This document shows, piece by piece, positions 39,561 to 48,264 of a stretch of DNA of 64,000 nt. Position 1 is the stretch's first letter, and each line of letters begins with the position of its first letter. The DNA comes from a virus: positions 4,812 through 68,811 of IMG/VR virus record IMGVR_UViG_3300045988_090117; one strand, given 5' to 3'. The notes under the pieces were generated by a model. That model worked only from the letters and a program-made list of their open reading frames with translations, searched no databases and had not been told where the DNA came from. A program made the position numbers and the translations under genes.

Positions 39561-39776
39561 TTATTTAAATAAATTTCTAAATATTGCCTCCAATACATTA
39601 ACAACTATACTATTACCAGCCAGTTTGTATTGTTGTGTGTTGCTTATCCCTGCTTGTTGTATCTTGTCTATTTCACTTATAGCAACAACTTCATACGGTA
39701 CATCTATATTCCTCAATGCTATAGATTGTGATCCTATTCCTGCGAATGCTTCAAATACTTTAAGTCTACTCATCAA
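39561..39776 (-). CDS. 71-aa mini-Dcm: C5-methyltransferase motif I joined directly to motif X
   Basis: KVFEAFAGIGSQS (motif I) ... QQYKLAGNSIVVNVLEAIF (motif X). No PCQ or ENV motifs. Intact ORF in operon context. Confidence 0.55.
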   Translation of the reverse strand: MMSRLKVFEAFAGIGSQSIALRNIDVPYEVVAISEIDKIQQAGISNTQQYKLAGNSIVVNVLEAIFRNLFK

Positions 39777-39803
39777 ATCACTCCTTTATTTTATTCTATA
39801 TAT

Positions 39804-39832
39804 AGTATAGAAAAAGTGGGTGATTTACTAAC
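39804..39832 (-). promoter_or_regulatory. Phage promoter motif GTTAGT-17-TATACT
   Basis: Minus strand reads GTTAGTAAATCACCCACTTTTTCTATACT. Confidence 0.55.
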
Positions 39833-39840
39833 CACCCACT
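39815..39840 (-). terminator. Terminator hairpin whose loop is the -35 element of the next promoter
   Basis: Minus strand reads AGTGGGTG-GTTAGTAAAT-CACCCACT followed by TTTTTC. Confidence 0.55.
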
Positions 39841-39845
39841 CTGTT

Positions 39846-40304
39846 TTATTTCCCTGTAGTACCATATGACCCTCTATCTTCATTGCCTAATATATCAACT
39901 TCGTCTATATCTAAAGGAGTACTCTTTTTAACACTTATTTGTACTAATCTATCACCCTTTTTAAAGGCTCCATATCTAGTACTATAAAACATTGCTAACC
40001 ATTCATCATTATCACCACAATACGTATCATCTACTAATCCCATGCTATTAGTTAGTAGTAGACCAGTATGCTTAAAAGTACTACTACGAGGTAATATATA
40101 TCCCTCGTAGCCTTTTCCCATGTCCATTGAAAATCCTAAATGTACTACTACTATATCCCCTGGGGCAAACCTTACTATATTACTAGAAGGTTCTACACCA
40201 TTTACATTAGCAGTACGTACATAACAATCATACCAATTACCATTATTACTTTGTGGTGCTTTACCACCTTCAAATACTCTTACTTTTACTTTTTTATTAG
40301 CCAT
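39846..40304 (-). CDS. dut: dUTPase
   Basis: PRSSTFKHTGLLLTNSMGLVDDTYCGDNDEW (dUTPase motifs 2-3) and C-terminal DRGSYGTTGK (motif 5). Confidence 0.75.
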   Translation of the reverse strand: MANKKVKVRVFEGGKAPQSNNGNWYDCYVRTANVNGVEPSSNIVRFAPGDIVVVHLGFSMDMGKGYEGYILPRSSTFKHTGLLLTNSMGLVDDTYCGDNDEWLAMFYSTRYGAFKKGDRLVQISVKKSTPLDIDEVDILGNEDRGSYGTTGK

Positions 40305-40813
40305 TAATATTCCCTCCCATTCGCTAACATATTATTTCTTGTTACATTGAATTCATTAAGTCTTAAGTTCATTAATTTCTTCAAGCTACTGTGTAGCATA
40401 TCTGCTATATCTAATTTCTTCTCACATTGTTTATATACTCTTATATATATGTCCTCGATAAATTGTTCTTCCTCTACCATTAATTGTGCATCACTTGTTT
40501 TAGCCGCTACTGTATTCTCATCACTATGCATATAGGCTGTATTAAAACGTGTTTTCTTTTGAGTCTTAGCTGCATCAACTCTAACTCCTAGTACCTGCAT
40601 TTTATCTATTAGTTCATACATTAACACTGGTAATAATGCTATATACTTCTCCAAGTCATCATTACTTAATGTAGATGTATTTTGCAATAGATCCTTTACC
40701 TCGTAGATGCAATCATCTAATGTACTTGTATATTTTTCACTAATGGTTAAGGCGGTATTAACTACGTCAGTACATTGTTTATTAAACTCTTTTATAAGAT
40801 CTAATTTACTCAT
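40304..40813 (-). CDS. Hypothetical helical protein
   Basis: ORF; the likely start is MSKLDLIKEF. Confidence 0.45.
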   Translation of the reverse strand: MSKLDLIKEFNKQCTDVVNTALTISEKYTSTLDDCIYEVKDLLQNTSTLSNDDLEKYIALLPVLMYELIDKMQVLGVRVDAAKTQKKTRFNTAYMHSDENTVAAKTSDAQLMVEEEQFIEDIYIRVYKQCEKKLDIADMLHSSLKKLMNLRLNEFNVTRNNMLANGREY

Positions 40814-41291
40814 TATCTGCACACTCCTTTAATTGTGCCATTAAAAATAATCTACTATCAAAAGTTTGTTTATTCAAAGTAAAATTGATCCTTTGATACG
40901 TAACCGGTAATTTGGAAATAGCTACTATAATCTCACAATCATCTACAGTTAAACTTTGTCTATTATTTTGCATTGTTCTTTTTATAGTACTCCATGGTAT
41001 CATATATACTTGTTTATGCTCTCTGAACTCTACTACTACCATTGGATTACAACCTTGTATATGGCTATAAAAGTCTAACTGTTCCTTTTGATTATCTGTT
41101 ATGTTACTAAAATCAAATCTACTACCTTTTACACTTTTTAACTCAAATAAATACTGATATGGATATTTGTAGTAGATAAAATCACAGGGGTTTTTTACCC
41201 CTGCATACCCATTAGTGGTATCATATAATCTTACCAATTCTTTTCCGACACCCTTCTTAAAGTTATTCTCAAATTTCTTACCATAGTTCAT
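40806..41291 (-). CDS. recU: RecU-type Holliday-junction resolvase
   Basis: GKKFENNF..NPCDFIYY..YLFELKS. The likely start MNYGKKF follows the SD GGGAGG and overlaps the upstream gene. Confidence 0.65.
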   Translation of the reverse strand: MNYGKKFENNFKKGVGKELVRLYDTTNGYAGVKNPCDFIYYKYPYQYLFELKSVKGSRFDFSNITDNQKEQLDFYSHIQGCNPMVVVEFREHKQVYMIPWSTIKRTMQNNRQSLTVDDCEIIVAISKLPVTYQRINFTLNKQTFDSRLFLMAQLKECADNE

Positions 41292-42057
41292 TGGCATCCT
41301 CCCTAGCACAAGTATTCTTATAGTTACAATAGTTACATTTAGGTTCCTTTGGTGGCACCACATCAAATTTTACACAGTCATTCACATACTGAATAGTATC
41401 CTCTATATTATCAATCATCTCTTGTGGAACTTCAAATAAATAACCCTTTTTACTGCAATTGTCTCTATTTTCATAAATAAATATTACTTTTGGAACTCCT
41501 ATGCACATAGAATAGCAAGCCACTTGTAGTTTGTGCGCTTGATGTGGTTGATCATGTGAGTTGTATTTATGGGTACTTTCAGTTTTAATCTCTATTATAT
41601 AATACTCACCTTTGTACTGCACCAACCCATCACACATAAATCTCATATTATATTTCTTACTAAATAATTTAGTCTCATTGCCTTCTTGAGATACCACCTC
41701 AGGGTCAGTAGTTCCTTGTGAGTGAAAATACTCAGCTACATTAATCCATTTACAATTATTAGTGTATTTTGCCATTTGTTGTATATAATCTTGTATTGTC
41801 GCATGTCGGTCAGTTCCACTCTCACAGATGCCGATTAAATTTAGACCACTACTTTGTTCATCTGGTTGAGCTCCTATCATTTGATAATATAGACCTCTTT
41901 TACATCCAGCTATCCCACTAGGTTTATAAGACCTAGTTGGAATATAATCACTCTCATTTTCCTTCTCTATTGTGTATATTAAGTCGTGCACAAATTGTTG
42001 TGCTATCTCATTACTCTTTTCAGCTCTAACCATTTTAGCTATTTTATTTAACTTCAT
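41278..42057 (-). CDS. Cas4/RecB-like PD-(D/E)XK exonuclease with an Fe-S cysteine cluster
   Basis: N-terminal GCKRGLYY, core DGLV..YYIIEIKT, QVACY, and C-terminal CNYCNYKNTC. Confidence 0.75.
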   Translation of the reverse strand: MKLNKIAKMVRAEKSNEIAQQFVHDLIYTIEKENESDYIPTRSYKPSGIAGCKRGLYYQMIGAQPDEQSSGLNLIGICESGTDRHATIQDYIQQMAKYTNNCKWINVAEYFHSQGTTDPEVVSQEGNETKLFSKKYNMRFMCDGLVQYKGEYYIIEIKTESTHKYNSHDQPHQAHKLQVACYSMCIGVPKVIFIYENRDNCSKKGYLFEVPQEMIDNIEDTIQYVNDCVKFDVVPPKEPKCNYCNYKNTCAREDANELW

Positions 42058-42069
42058 ATAAGCACCCCC

Positions 42070-43128
42070 CTATTCTTCGTCGGCAGTTGCCAACATCATT
42101 ATACTATCCATAGTACATAGCTTAATAGTTTCATCTGTACCGAATTGTATTGTAACATTCGGTTCTTCTACTGCACTGAATAAGTCCTTTAAATAAACCC
42201 CATTTACGCTTATCATAAATGGTTCTGGTAAATCTATCCCTTTAGTATATTCAATCACCTCTACGGACTTGCTAGAGGTTGCTATGGTCATATTACTGTC
42301 ACTAAATACTAAATCTATAATACCTTTATCGTATAAGCCTAGGAATAAATTTAATCTGTCCACTGCTTGTAGAACTTCTTTAACATTTACTTCACAAGTA
42401 TGTGGATATTCACTATTTAATAGTGGTATTACATTTGGATATTCAGATGCTCCTTCTTGTAATGCTCCTGTAATAGTTACATTTTGTCCTACTGCTCTTA
42501 ATAATGTACAATCCTTATTTACTGTAAATATTACTTTCTCTGTATCTATAGATTGTAATAAGGTTGCTAAAGTTGGAGGTATTAATAATTCCATGTCATC
42601 CAAATACTCACCATCCAACTCAGTACTATATACTTTTATGGCATCAGCAGTAATAATTTGATTATCTCGTAGTAAGTAACTATACAATACACCGTCATTA
42701 GGTGATGCACTTTTGGCTTTTGCACCATCAACTATTGCATTACTCAAAGTTGTATATGTTATCATAAACTCTTTATCAGCATCTATATCTAAAGTCGGAT
42801 AAACTTCATCACTAACTATTTCTACTTTATATGTACCATTGCCCTTTACCTCTAAATAATTGTCCATTAGTTTAAGTCCTACTGTATCCTTAGTGGTTTT
42901 ATTTATCAACTTGCTAAATTGATCGGCTTTTACTATAACTGACATATCTTCATCACATTTCATTGGATGATTAATTGTTATGAAGTTAACTCCATCTGTA
43001 GCTCTAAGAGATATACCCTCAACACTAAAATCTAATTCATAATAATTAGTTATTTCTAATAATTTAGAAGGCTTACATCTACTTGCTGCACTTAACATAT
43101 TCTTTAATATACTTGTATCTAATTTCAT
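42070..43128 (-). CDS. dnaN: DNA sliding clamp (DnaN/beta-like)
   Basis: 352 aa with the pattern L..ML..A......LLEITNYYEL....GISLRATDG typical of beta clamps. Confidence 0.6.
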   Translation of the reverse strand: MKLDTSILKNMLSAASRCKPSKLLEITNYYELDFSVEGISLRATDGVNFITINHPMKCDEDMSVIVKADQFSKLINKTTKDTVGLKLMDNYLEVKGNGTYKVEIVSDEVYPTLDIDADKEFMITYTTLSNAIVDGAKAKSASPNDGVLYSYLLRDNQIITADAIKVYSTELDGEYLDDMELLIPPTLATLLQSIDTEKVIFTVNKDCTLLRAVGQNVTITGALQEGASEYPNVIPLLNSEYPHTCEVNVKEVLQAVDRLNLFLGLYDKGIIDLVFSDSNMTIATSSKSVEVIEYTKGIDLPEPFMISVNGVYLKDLFSAVEEPNVTIQFGTDETIKLCTMDSIMMLATADEE

Positions 43129-43144
43129 TATAAAACAACTCCTT

Positions 43145-43984
43145 TTAAAATAATTTTTTCTGTTTCTTAGATGTGTTATTTTCCACGATTACTTTATCAT
43201 CCACATCATTCAATTTGTTATTTCCTATTCTATTGCTAGCTATGTTGAAATATTTTTCATCTTTTTCAATCCCGATGAAATCTCTATTAATATTTAAACA
43301 AGCAACGCCAGTTGAACCACTACCCATTGTAAAATCCAATACTAGTTCACCTTCTCTGGTATATGTTTTTATGAGATATTCAAGTAGTGCTACTGGTTTT
43401 TGTGTTGGATGTACTCTTTTAGAATTAGCGCACTCTGTTGCTTGTGTGGAAATATTTATGATGTTTTTAGGATAACGTTCAGTTCCTTTTTTATTTTTTT
43501 CCGTTTTATAAAATTCTTCACTTTTTATTCCACTGAACAAATCAGTTTGTTTAATGGTTGGTTTCTCCTTAGTCAAATCTCTTTTGTTGTCTACAGTAAG
43601 TATAGGATAATAGTTTACTCGTTCCCCATTTCCAGTAAAAACTAATATTTCTTCCTCTACCTTAAGGGGTTGATATTTTGCGACTAATATATTTCCTGCA
43701 CTACTTTTATTCCATATCCATTGGTGTTTAAAATGTTTTATATTACTATAAATCAAACTTGTTGTAAAAGGCTGTGAGCCAAATAATATTATACCTCCAT
43801 TAGGTTTTATTAATTTGTTTAAGCTGCACCACATTTCATCTAAGGGTATAATAGAATCCCATTTGCAGCTAGTAGTGCCATATGGTGGGTCGGTTATTAT
43901 GGCATCTACCTTTACTCCAGCTGCAATTAATTTGTCCATAATTTCCAGACAATCCCCATTGTATAATTTATAACTCACATACAT
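43145..43984 (-). CDS. Beta-class DNA methyltransferase (N6A/N4C, DPPY), paralogue 1
   Basis: DAIITDPPYGTT near the N-terminus, and HPTQKPVALLEYLIK, DFTMGSGSTGVAC near the C-terminus. The track start (TTG at 44011) is probably too long; an ATG at 43984 follows the SD AAAGGAGGG. Confidence 0.8.
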   Translation of the reverse strand: MYVSYKLYNGDCLEIMDKLIAAGVKVDAIITDPPYGTTSCKWDSIIPLDEMWCSLNKLIKPNGGIILFGSQPFTTSLIYSNIKHFKHQWIWNKSSAGNILVAKYQPLKVEEEILVFTGNGERVNYYPILTVDNKRDLTKEKPTIKQTDLFSGIKSEEFYKTEKNKKGTERYPKNIINISTQATECANSKRVHPTQKPVALLEYLIKTYTREGELVLDFTMGSGSTGVACLNINRDFIGIEKDEKYFNIASNRIGNNKLNDVDDKVIVENNTSKKQKKLF

Positions 43985-44015
43985 CCCTCCTTTATTTTTT
44001 CTTCCATACAATTAT

Positions 44016-44044
44016 AGTATAGAAAAAACCCGGTATTTACTAAC
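44016..44044 (-). promoter_or_regulatory. Phage promoter motif GTTAGT-17-TATACT
   Basis: Minus strand reads GTTAGTAAATACCGGGTTTTTTCTATACT. Confidence 0.55.
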
Positions 44045-44049
44045 CGGGT
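44028..44049 (-). terminator. Terminator hairpin with the -35 element of the next promoter in its loop
   Basis: Minus strand reads ACCCGGT-TAGTAAAT-ACCGGGT followed by TTTTTTC. Confidence 0.5.
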
Positions 44050-44060
44050 CTTCAATATTT

Positions 44061-44768
44061 TTATATTTCTATTCCTTCTCCATACCATCTATATGTACAT
44101 TCTATATCAGTCTTCATTGGTATTTCAAATTTTCCGTCTACTACGTGTACCATAATGTACTCTAATATATCTCTCACCTCTTTGGCATTCTCTTTTGGAC
44201 ATACTCCCAATACTTCATCATGCACCGGTATGATTAATTTATATCCCAACTCTTGTAGTCTTTTATTGTCATGAATTCTTATCATTGCTATCTTTGTCAT
44301 GTCGGCTGCACTACCTTGAATTATACTGTTAACACATTGTCTTTGAGCGTCGGCTATATATCCACCATTATCCACTAATTTATATCCCTCATCCTTGGCC
44401 ATTTGTTTTATTTTTTCTTTTGCCTCCTTACCAAAGGCTCTATTCATTAATTTAAGATATTTGAAGTAAACCTCATCGCTCACCTCTGTAGTGGACCCAC
44501 CAGTAAAATCTAATGGATTAAAGGTATCAGCTAAATTAGGGTTTTCCACTGTTATCTCTATTGGATCTAGTTGCATATTTGGTAATCTTCTTTTTCTACC
44601 CCATGCAGTCTCTACAAAACCATACTCTCTTGCATTCTCTTGAGCAAATTCTACAAACTCTTTTACTCTTGGAAATTGTTTATAAAAGTCATTTATAACC
44701 TGTTGTGCTTCCTCTTTACTGATATTCATCTGCTCGGCTATACTTGTTACACCTCTACCATACATAAT
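44061..44768 (-). CDS. polA: Family A DNA polymerase, exon 3
   Basis: Begins IMYGRGVTSIAEQ (completing motif B, K..LLGIMYG) and contains VHDEV (motif C). The junction follows the intron-terminal G at 44769. Confidence 0.8.
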   Translation of the reverse strand: MMYGRGVTSIAEQMNISKEEAQQVINDFYKQFPRVKEFVEFAQENAREYGFVETAWGRKRRLPNMQLDPIEITVENPNLADTFNPLDFTGGSTTEVSDEVYFKYLKLMNRAFGKEAKEKIKQMAKDEGYKLVDNGGYIADAQRQCVNSIIQGSAADMTKIAMIRIHDNKRLQELGYKLIIPVHDEVLGVCPKENAKEVRDILEYIMVHVVDGKFEIPMKTDIECTYRWYGEGIEI

Positions 44769-45823
44769 CAGTTTATACCGCCCCTTTCGGGGTACTTTAA
44801 CACTTGTTATGCCAAGTCGGCTTAGACTATATCATCCCTCTTACGAGGGGAGCGCTTCGTATATCGTACCAATAGATACACTACTCCATAAAGGATAGTC
44901 GTTACACTTCTTCCCAATGGTAGCCGTATGCTCTTATATTTCTTTTCATACTCTCTTTTATTTGAGTATTACAACTTTGTGACGTTTTAGTTTTACATAA
45001 ACCTTGTGCAACTAACCATTTCCATGCCTCAGTATAACTACTAAATGTTTTATCAAGTTCTATAAGTTTTACCGGTTTACGACATTTACTTATTCTACCA
45101 GTATTACATTTACTTATAATATCTTTTGTTTCTTGTGTATGGTGTTTACCATAAAATGCATTATCTTTACCAGTATATTTACCTTGTCTAGCTTTACTTA
45201 GCGCTAATTTATGTTCCGGTGATTTTGCTACTCCTTTTAACTTAGATGCTCTTTGTTGTATGAAAAGTTGTCTATCAGTATCAGATAATGTACTCCAAAA
45301 TTGTCTACTGGCTTGAGACATTTTTAGTTTATCTTCATCCGTATGTTTATAACCAGGTACGCCAGCTCCACCTGGAGTCATATTATAACCATCTTTATAA
45401 CTATTAAATATTGATATATAATATACTTCTCTCTCATTTAATTTGTCTATTGAGCATTCCTCTAATAAATACATATGAAATTTATCAACACCATATTTAA
45501 GTAGTGCATTATGAAAATGTGTACCGTTATTTATATCAGAACTAGTATGTTCATACCATCTTTGTTTTAATGATGTACTTGTTTGTCCTACATATACTTT
45601 ATGATTAATATCGTCAATTACAATATAAATATATCCCATAATCTCACCCCCTTCACGGCTATCATTGTTGGTTAGCACGGTCTAACCATATGAGATATAA
45701 AATTATATTGGTTTATATATAATATTATAGCACACTTAGGCTTTAACCGTTAGCATAAAATAAAAAATTTTATACACCCCTGGTAGGGTTCACTTTCTTT
45801 TATTTGGGCTATACTTGTGGTTT
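44769..45823 (-). mobile_element. Group I intron 2 of polA (1055 nt) carrying a GIY-YIG endonuclease ORF
   Basis: The upstream exon ends in U (GGT at 45826-45824) and the intron ends in G (44769). GC-rich structured ends include a CCCCGAAAGGGG tetraloop hairpin and GATATAGTCTAAGCC, which resembles the group I S element. Confidence 0.75.
44902..45639 (-). CDS. GIY-YIG homing endonuclease (intron-encoded)
   Basis: MGYIYIVIDDINHKVYVGQT...N..Y gives a GIY-YIG core. NUMOD-like repeats (HK.ALSKA.QGK) follow. SD GAAGGGGGTGAG upstream. Confidence 0.8.
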   Translation of the reverse strand: MGYIYIVIDDINHKVYVGQTSTSLKQRWYEHTSSDINNGTHFHNALLKYGVDKFHMYLLEECSIDKLNEREVYYISIFNSYKDGYNMTPGGAGVPGYKHTDEDKLKMSQASRQFWSTLSDTDRQLFIQQRASKLKGVAKSPEHKLALSKARQGKYTGKDNAFYGKHHTQETKDIISKCNTGRISKCRKPVKLIELDKTFSSYTEAWKWLVAQGLCKTKTSQSCNTQIKESMKRNIRAYGYHWEEV

Positions 45824-46153
45824 ACCCAATAATATAGGCTTAACGGAGCTTCTACGTTGTTTTCCTTCTGGGTTAACTGTACCGTCAGGTCTAAACTCCT
45901 TACATTCTTCATATGGTTGATTGTACAATTTACTTGCTATCGTGGCATATAGGTCCTTTCCATCTAAATACGCTTGTATCATATGTTTATCGCCACTCAT
46001 ATGTGCTAAACATCTCGGCTCCTGCTGCGAAAAATCTCCACCTATTATTACATTGCCTTCTCCTGCAATAAACATTTGTCTTATATCATGTCCAGCATCT
46101 ATTACAGTCCCATCACTTAATTTCTTTGTTTTACTGGGTATATTTTGTAAATT
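45824..46153 (-). CDS. polA: Family A DNA polymerase, exon 2
   Basis: NLQNIPSK...GGDFSQQEPRCLAH (motif A, DYSQIELR-like) ...QRRSSVKPILLG. 330 nt, in frame with exons 1 and 3. Confidence 0.8.
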
Positions 46154-46882
46154 CACATTGTTAGCGTAGAGGCTCTTTATCCTCTACCTCTTATGGTTCG
46201 TATTCCCATAAGGTCAGACTATATCTCAAACTTATAAAAAGCGACCTGTCTCTTTATCTCGACGATTATTTAAATCGGTACTATGATATTTTTCTTGATG
46301 TTCTGCACGTGTAGTCAAAACTAAATTTTCTATTCGATTATCCAACTTATTCCCATTCTTATGGTGAACTATCTCATCCGATGTTAACTTACGTCCTAAA
46401 TAATCTTCCATAACTTTACGATGTACAAAATATCTATTATTCAACTCTGAAACAACTAAATAACCATCGTATAAATAAACACGTGGTTTTCGTCCTTCTC
46501 CACGTCTTTTAAGTTGTAATCGACTAGCTTTATGCAGAATACTACCCTCACTGCGATTTAAATATTCACTACATTGTTTAAGTCCTAATTTCTCATAATT
46601 TTTAACAAGCCATTCTAATTCCGTTTTTGTCCATTGTTTTCTCATATACATTACCTCCTCCATTTACATAATAGTAACATATATGGAATATTTTGTAAAC
46701 ACTTTTTATAAGTCCAGGGGCGCTCGTGGATGGGTTATTGGTGTGCTCCTCACCATCTAGTCGTTAGACTTTCACGGTACATTTTTACACTTCCCGTGCT
46801 TAGTACGGTATTAGCATCGCAGCCTTCACCGTTTCACCCCTGTATGCATCTATCATATCACTATGATAGCGCCCAATTATTT
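46154..46882 (-). mobile_element. Group I intron 1 of polA (729 nt) carrying an HNH endonuclease ORF
   Basis: Exon 1 ends ..AAT CCT (U at 46883) and the intron ends GTG (G at 46154). A GC-rich core at 46664-46882 and GATATAGTCTGACC near the 3' end resemble the group I S element. Confidence 0.75.
46232..46663 (-). CDS. HNH homing endonuclease (intron-encoded)
   Basis: [34 protein letters not shown]. The probable start MRKQW at 46645 follows the SD GGAGGAGG. Confidence 0.8.
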   Translation of the reverse strand: MEEVMYMRKQWTKTELEWLVKNYEKLGLKQCSEYLNRSEGSILHKASRLQLKRRGEGRKPRVYLYDGYLVVSELNNRYFVHRKVMEDYLGRKLTSDEIVHHKNGNKLDNRIENLVLTTRAEHQEKYHSTDLNNRRDKETGRFL

Positions 46883-48199
46883 AGGATTACTACTACTAAA
46901 ACGTCCTGTCTTTGCGCCATACTGGTTGAAGTTCGCGTGTAACTTACCAGTTCTTTTGCTTATATGGTCAGGAATGGCATCAATATAAGTACTTAATAGT
47001 TTACTCATACCTCTATACTCTAATATACTATTCACTAATGGGTGGTTTAATTGTTTCAGTTGTTCTTCTCCCACGCTACGTTGACCTTTTGGTGGCTCTA
47101 ATTTTAAGACATCATAGAATAATATTACTAACTGTTGATTACTTCCTATATTAATTTTCACATCTCCAAATTCACTTATTTTGCCATACTTGTCTGGATG
47201 CTTAACTCGTAGGTCATTAAATGCGCCCTGCTTATCCAGCTTCTCTACTTCGGTATTAAATTCATTAAGAGCATTATCCATATACGTAGTATATCGTTGT
47301 TTTAACTCTTGAGCTAAGTTTGTATCTATATCTACTCCTTGTGCCTCCATATCGAATACTACTTCTATTAATGGCATTTCTATATTCCTGAATACATCTG
47401 CCACCCTTTCAAGTCCTTTTTTATAACAGTATTTTCCATCTCTGTCCAAATACTCACGTTGAAATTCATATAATTCAAAAGTCATTATAGGGTCAAAGGC
47501 TGCGTACATATAGCCAACATCTGGAGGTATTTTATTGAACTCAATGCCATTAAATAATTCACCAAATTTACCTACCTCAGCACTTTCACCAGTACAATAC
47601 TTTTGCCATAATACTTTTAAGCCATGTGGTTCATTTTCATTAAGTAAATACCCTCCAATTAATGTGTCCCAGTATGGTACTATTTTTACTCCTACCATCC
47701 AATATAATATATGCATATCGAACTTAGCGTTATGTAGCACAAATCTAATATTATTATCTGACCAAGATTGTATTAATTTCCTAACTACTTCAATAGATAC
47801 ATTACTTTGTAATTCCGTATTTGTCATATAACTTATATGTCCTACTGGAATATAAATACCTTTTTCATATGGTGTATAAAGACATATACCAGCTACTTTT
47901 CCGTCTATTCTATCAAGTCCGTTTGTCTCAGTATCTAGTGCTACTATGCCATTGGCTACTACTTTTTTATCGAACTGTTTTAACCTATCTTCACTAGTTA
48001 CTAATTCCATTCTATCTAGTCTATCAGCAAATATTTTAGTAGACATCATCTTTGCATATTCTACTTTATCCTTCATTGTCTTAGGTACTATTGATGTTAC
48101 TGGCGCTCTTTTATTTTTCTTTTTACTCAACACTTCTAACGCTTTTTTATTCGCCTCTTTGTTATTACAACGACTAAATGTATCTTTAAACAAACTCAT
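46883..48199 (-). CDS. polA: Family A DNA polymerase, exon 1 (3'-5' exonuclease domain plus N-terminal polymerase domain)
   Basis: Exo motifs VALDTETNGLD and LHNAKFDMHIL. Ends ..GAKTGRFSSSNP, which continues as NLQNIP in exon 2. Confidence 0.85.
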
Positions 48200-48211
48200 T
48201 ATATCCCTCCT

Positions 48212-48244
48212 ATAAAAAATACCAGGTAATTACTACCTGGTATT
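48212..48244 (-). terminator. Hairpin plus T-tract between the SSB-like gene and polA (leaky terminator/attenuator)
   Basis: Minus strand reads AATACCAGGTA-GTAAT-TACCTGGTATT followed by TTTTTAT, then the polA SD AGGAGGGAT. Confidence 0.5.
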
Positions 48245-48264
48245 CACTTGTTATTTATTTGTTA

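Noticed and set aside
44770-44900. GC-rich islands (44770-44900, 45680-45823, 46160-46230, 46664-46882) as possible tRNA or other small RNA genes
   Set aside because: I could not fold any of them into a cloverleaf. They coincide exactly with the non-coding ends of the two group I introns. No tRNA was recognised elsewhere in the window.
46730-46942. 70-aa plus-strand ORF
   Set aside because: It falls in the GC-rich catalytic core of polA intron 1 and the end of exon 1, so it is explained by intron RNA structure rather than coding.
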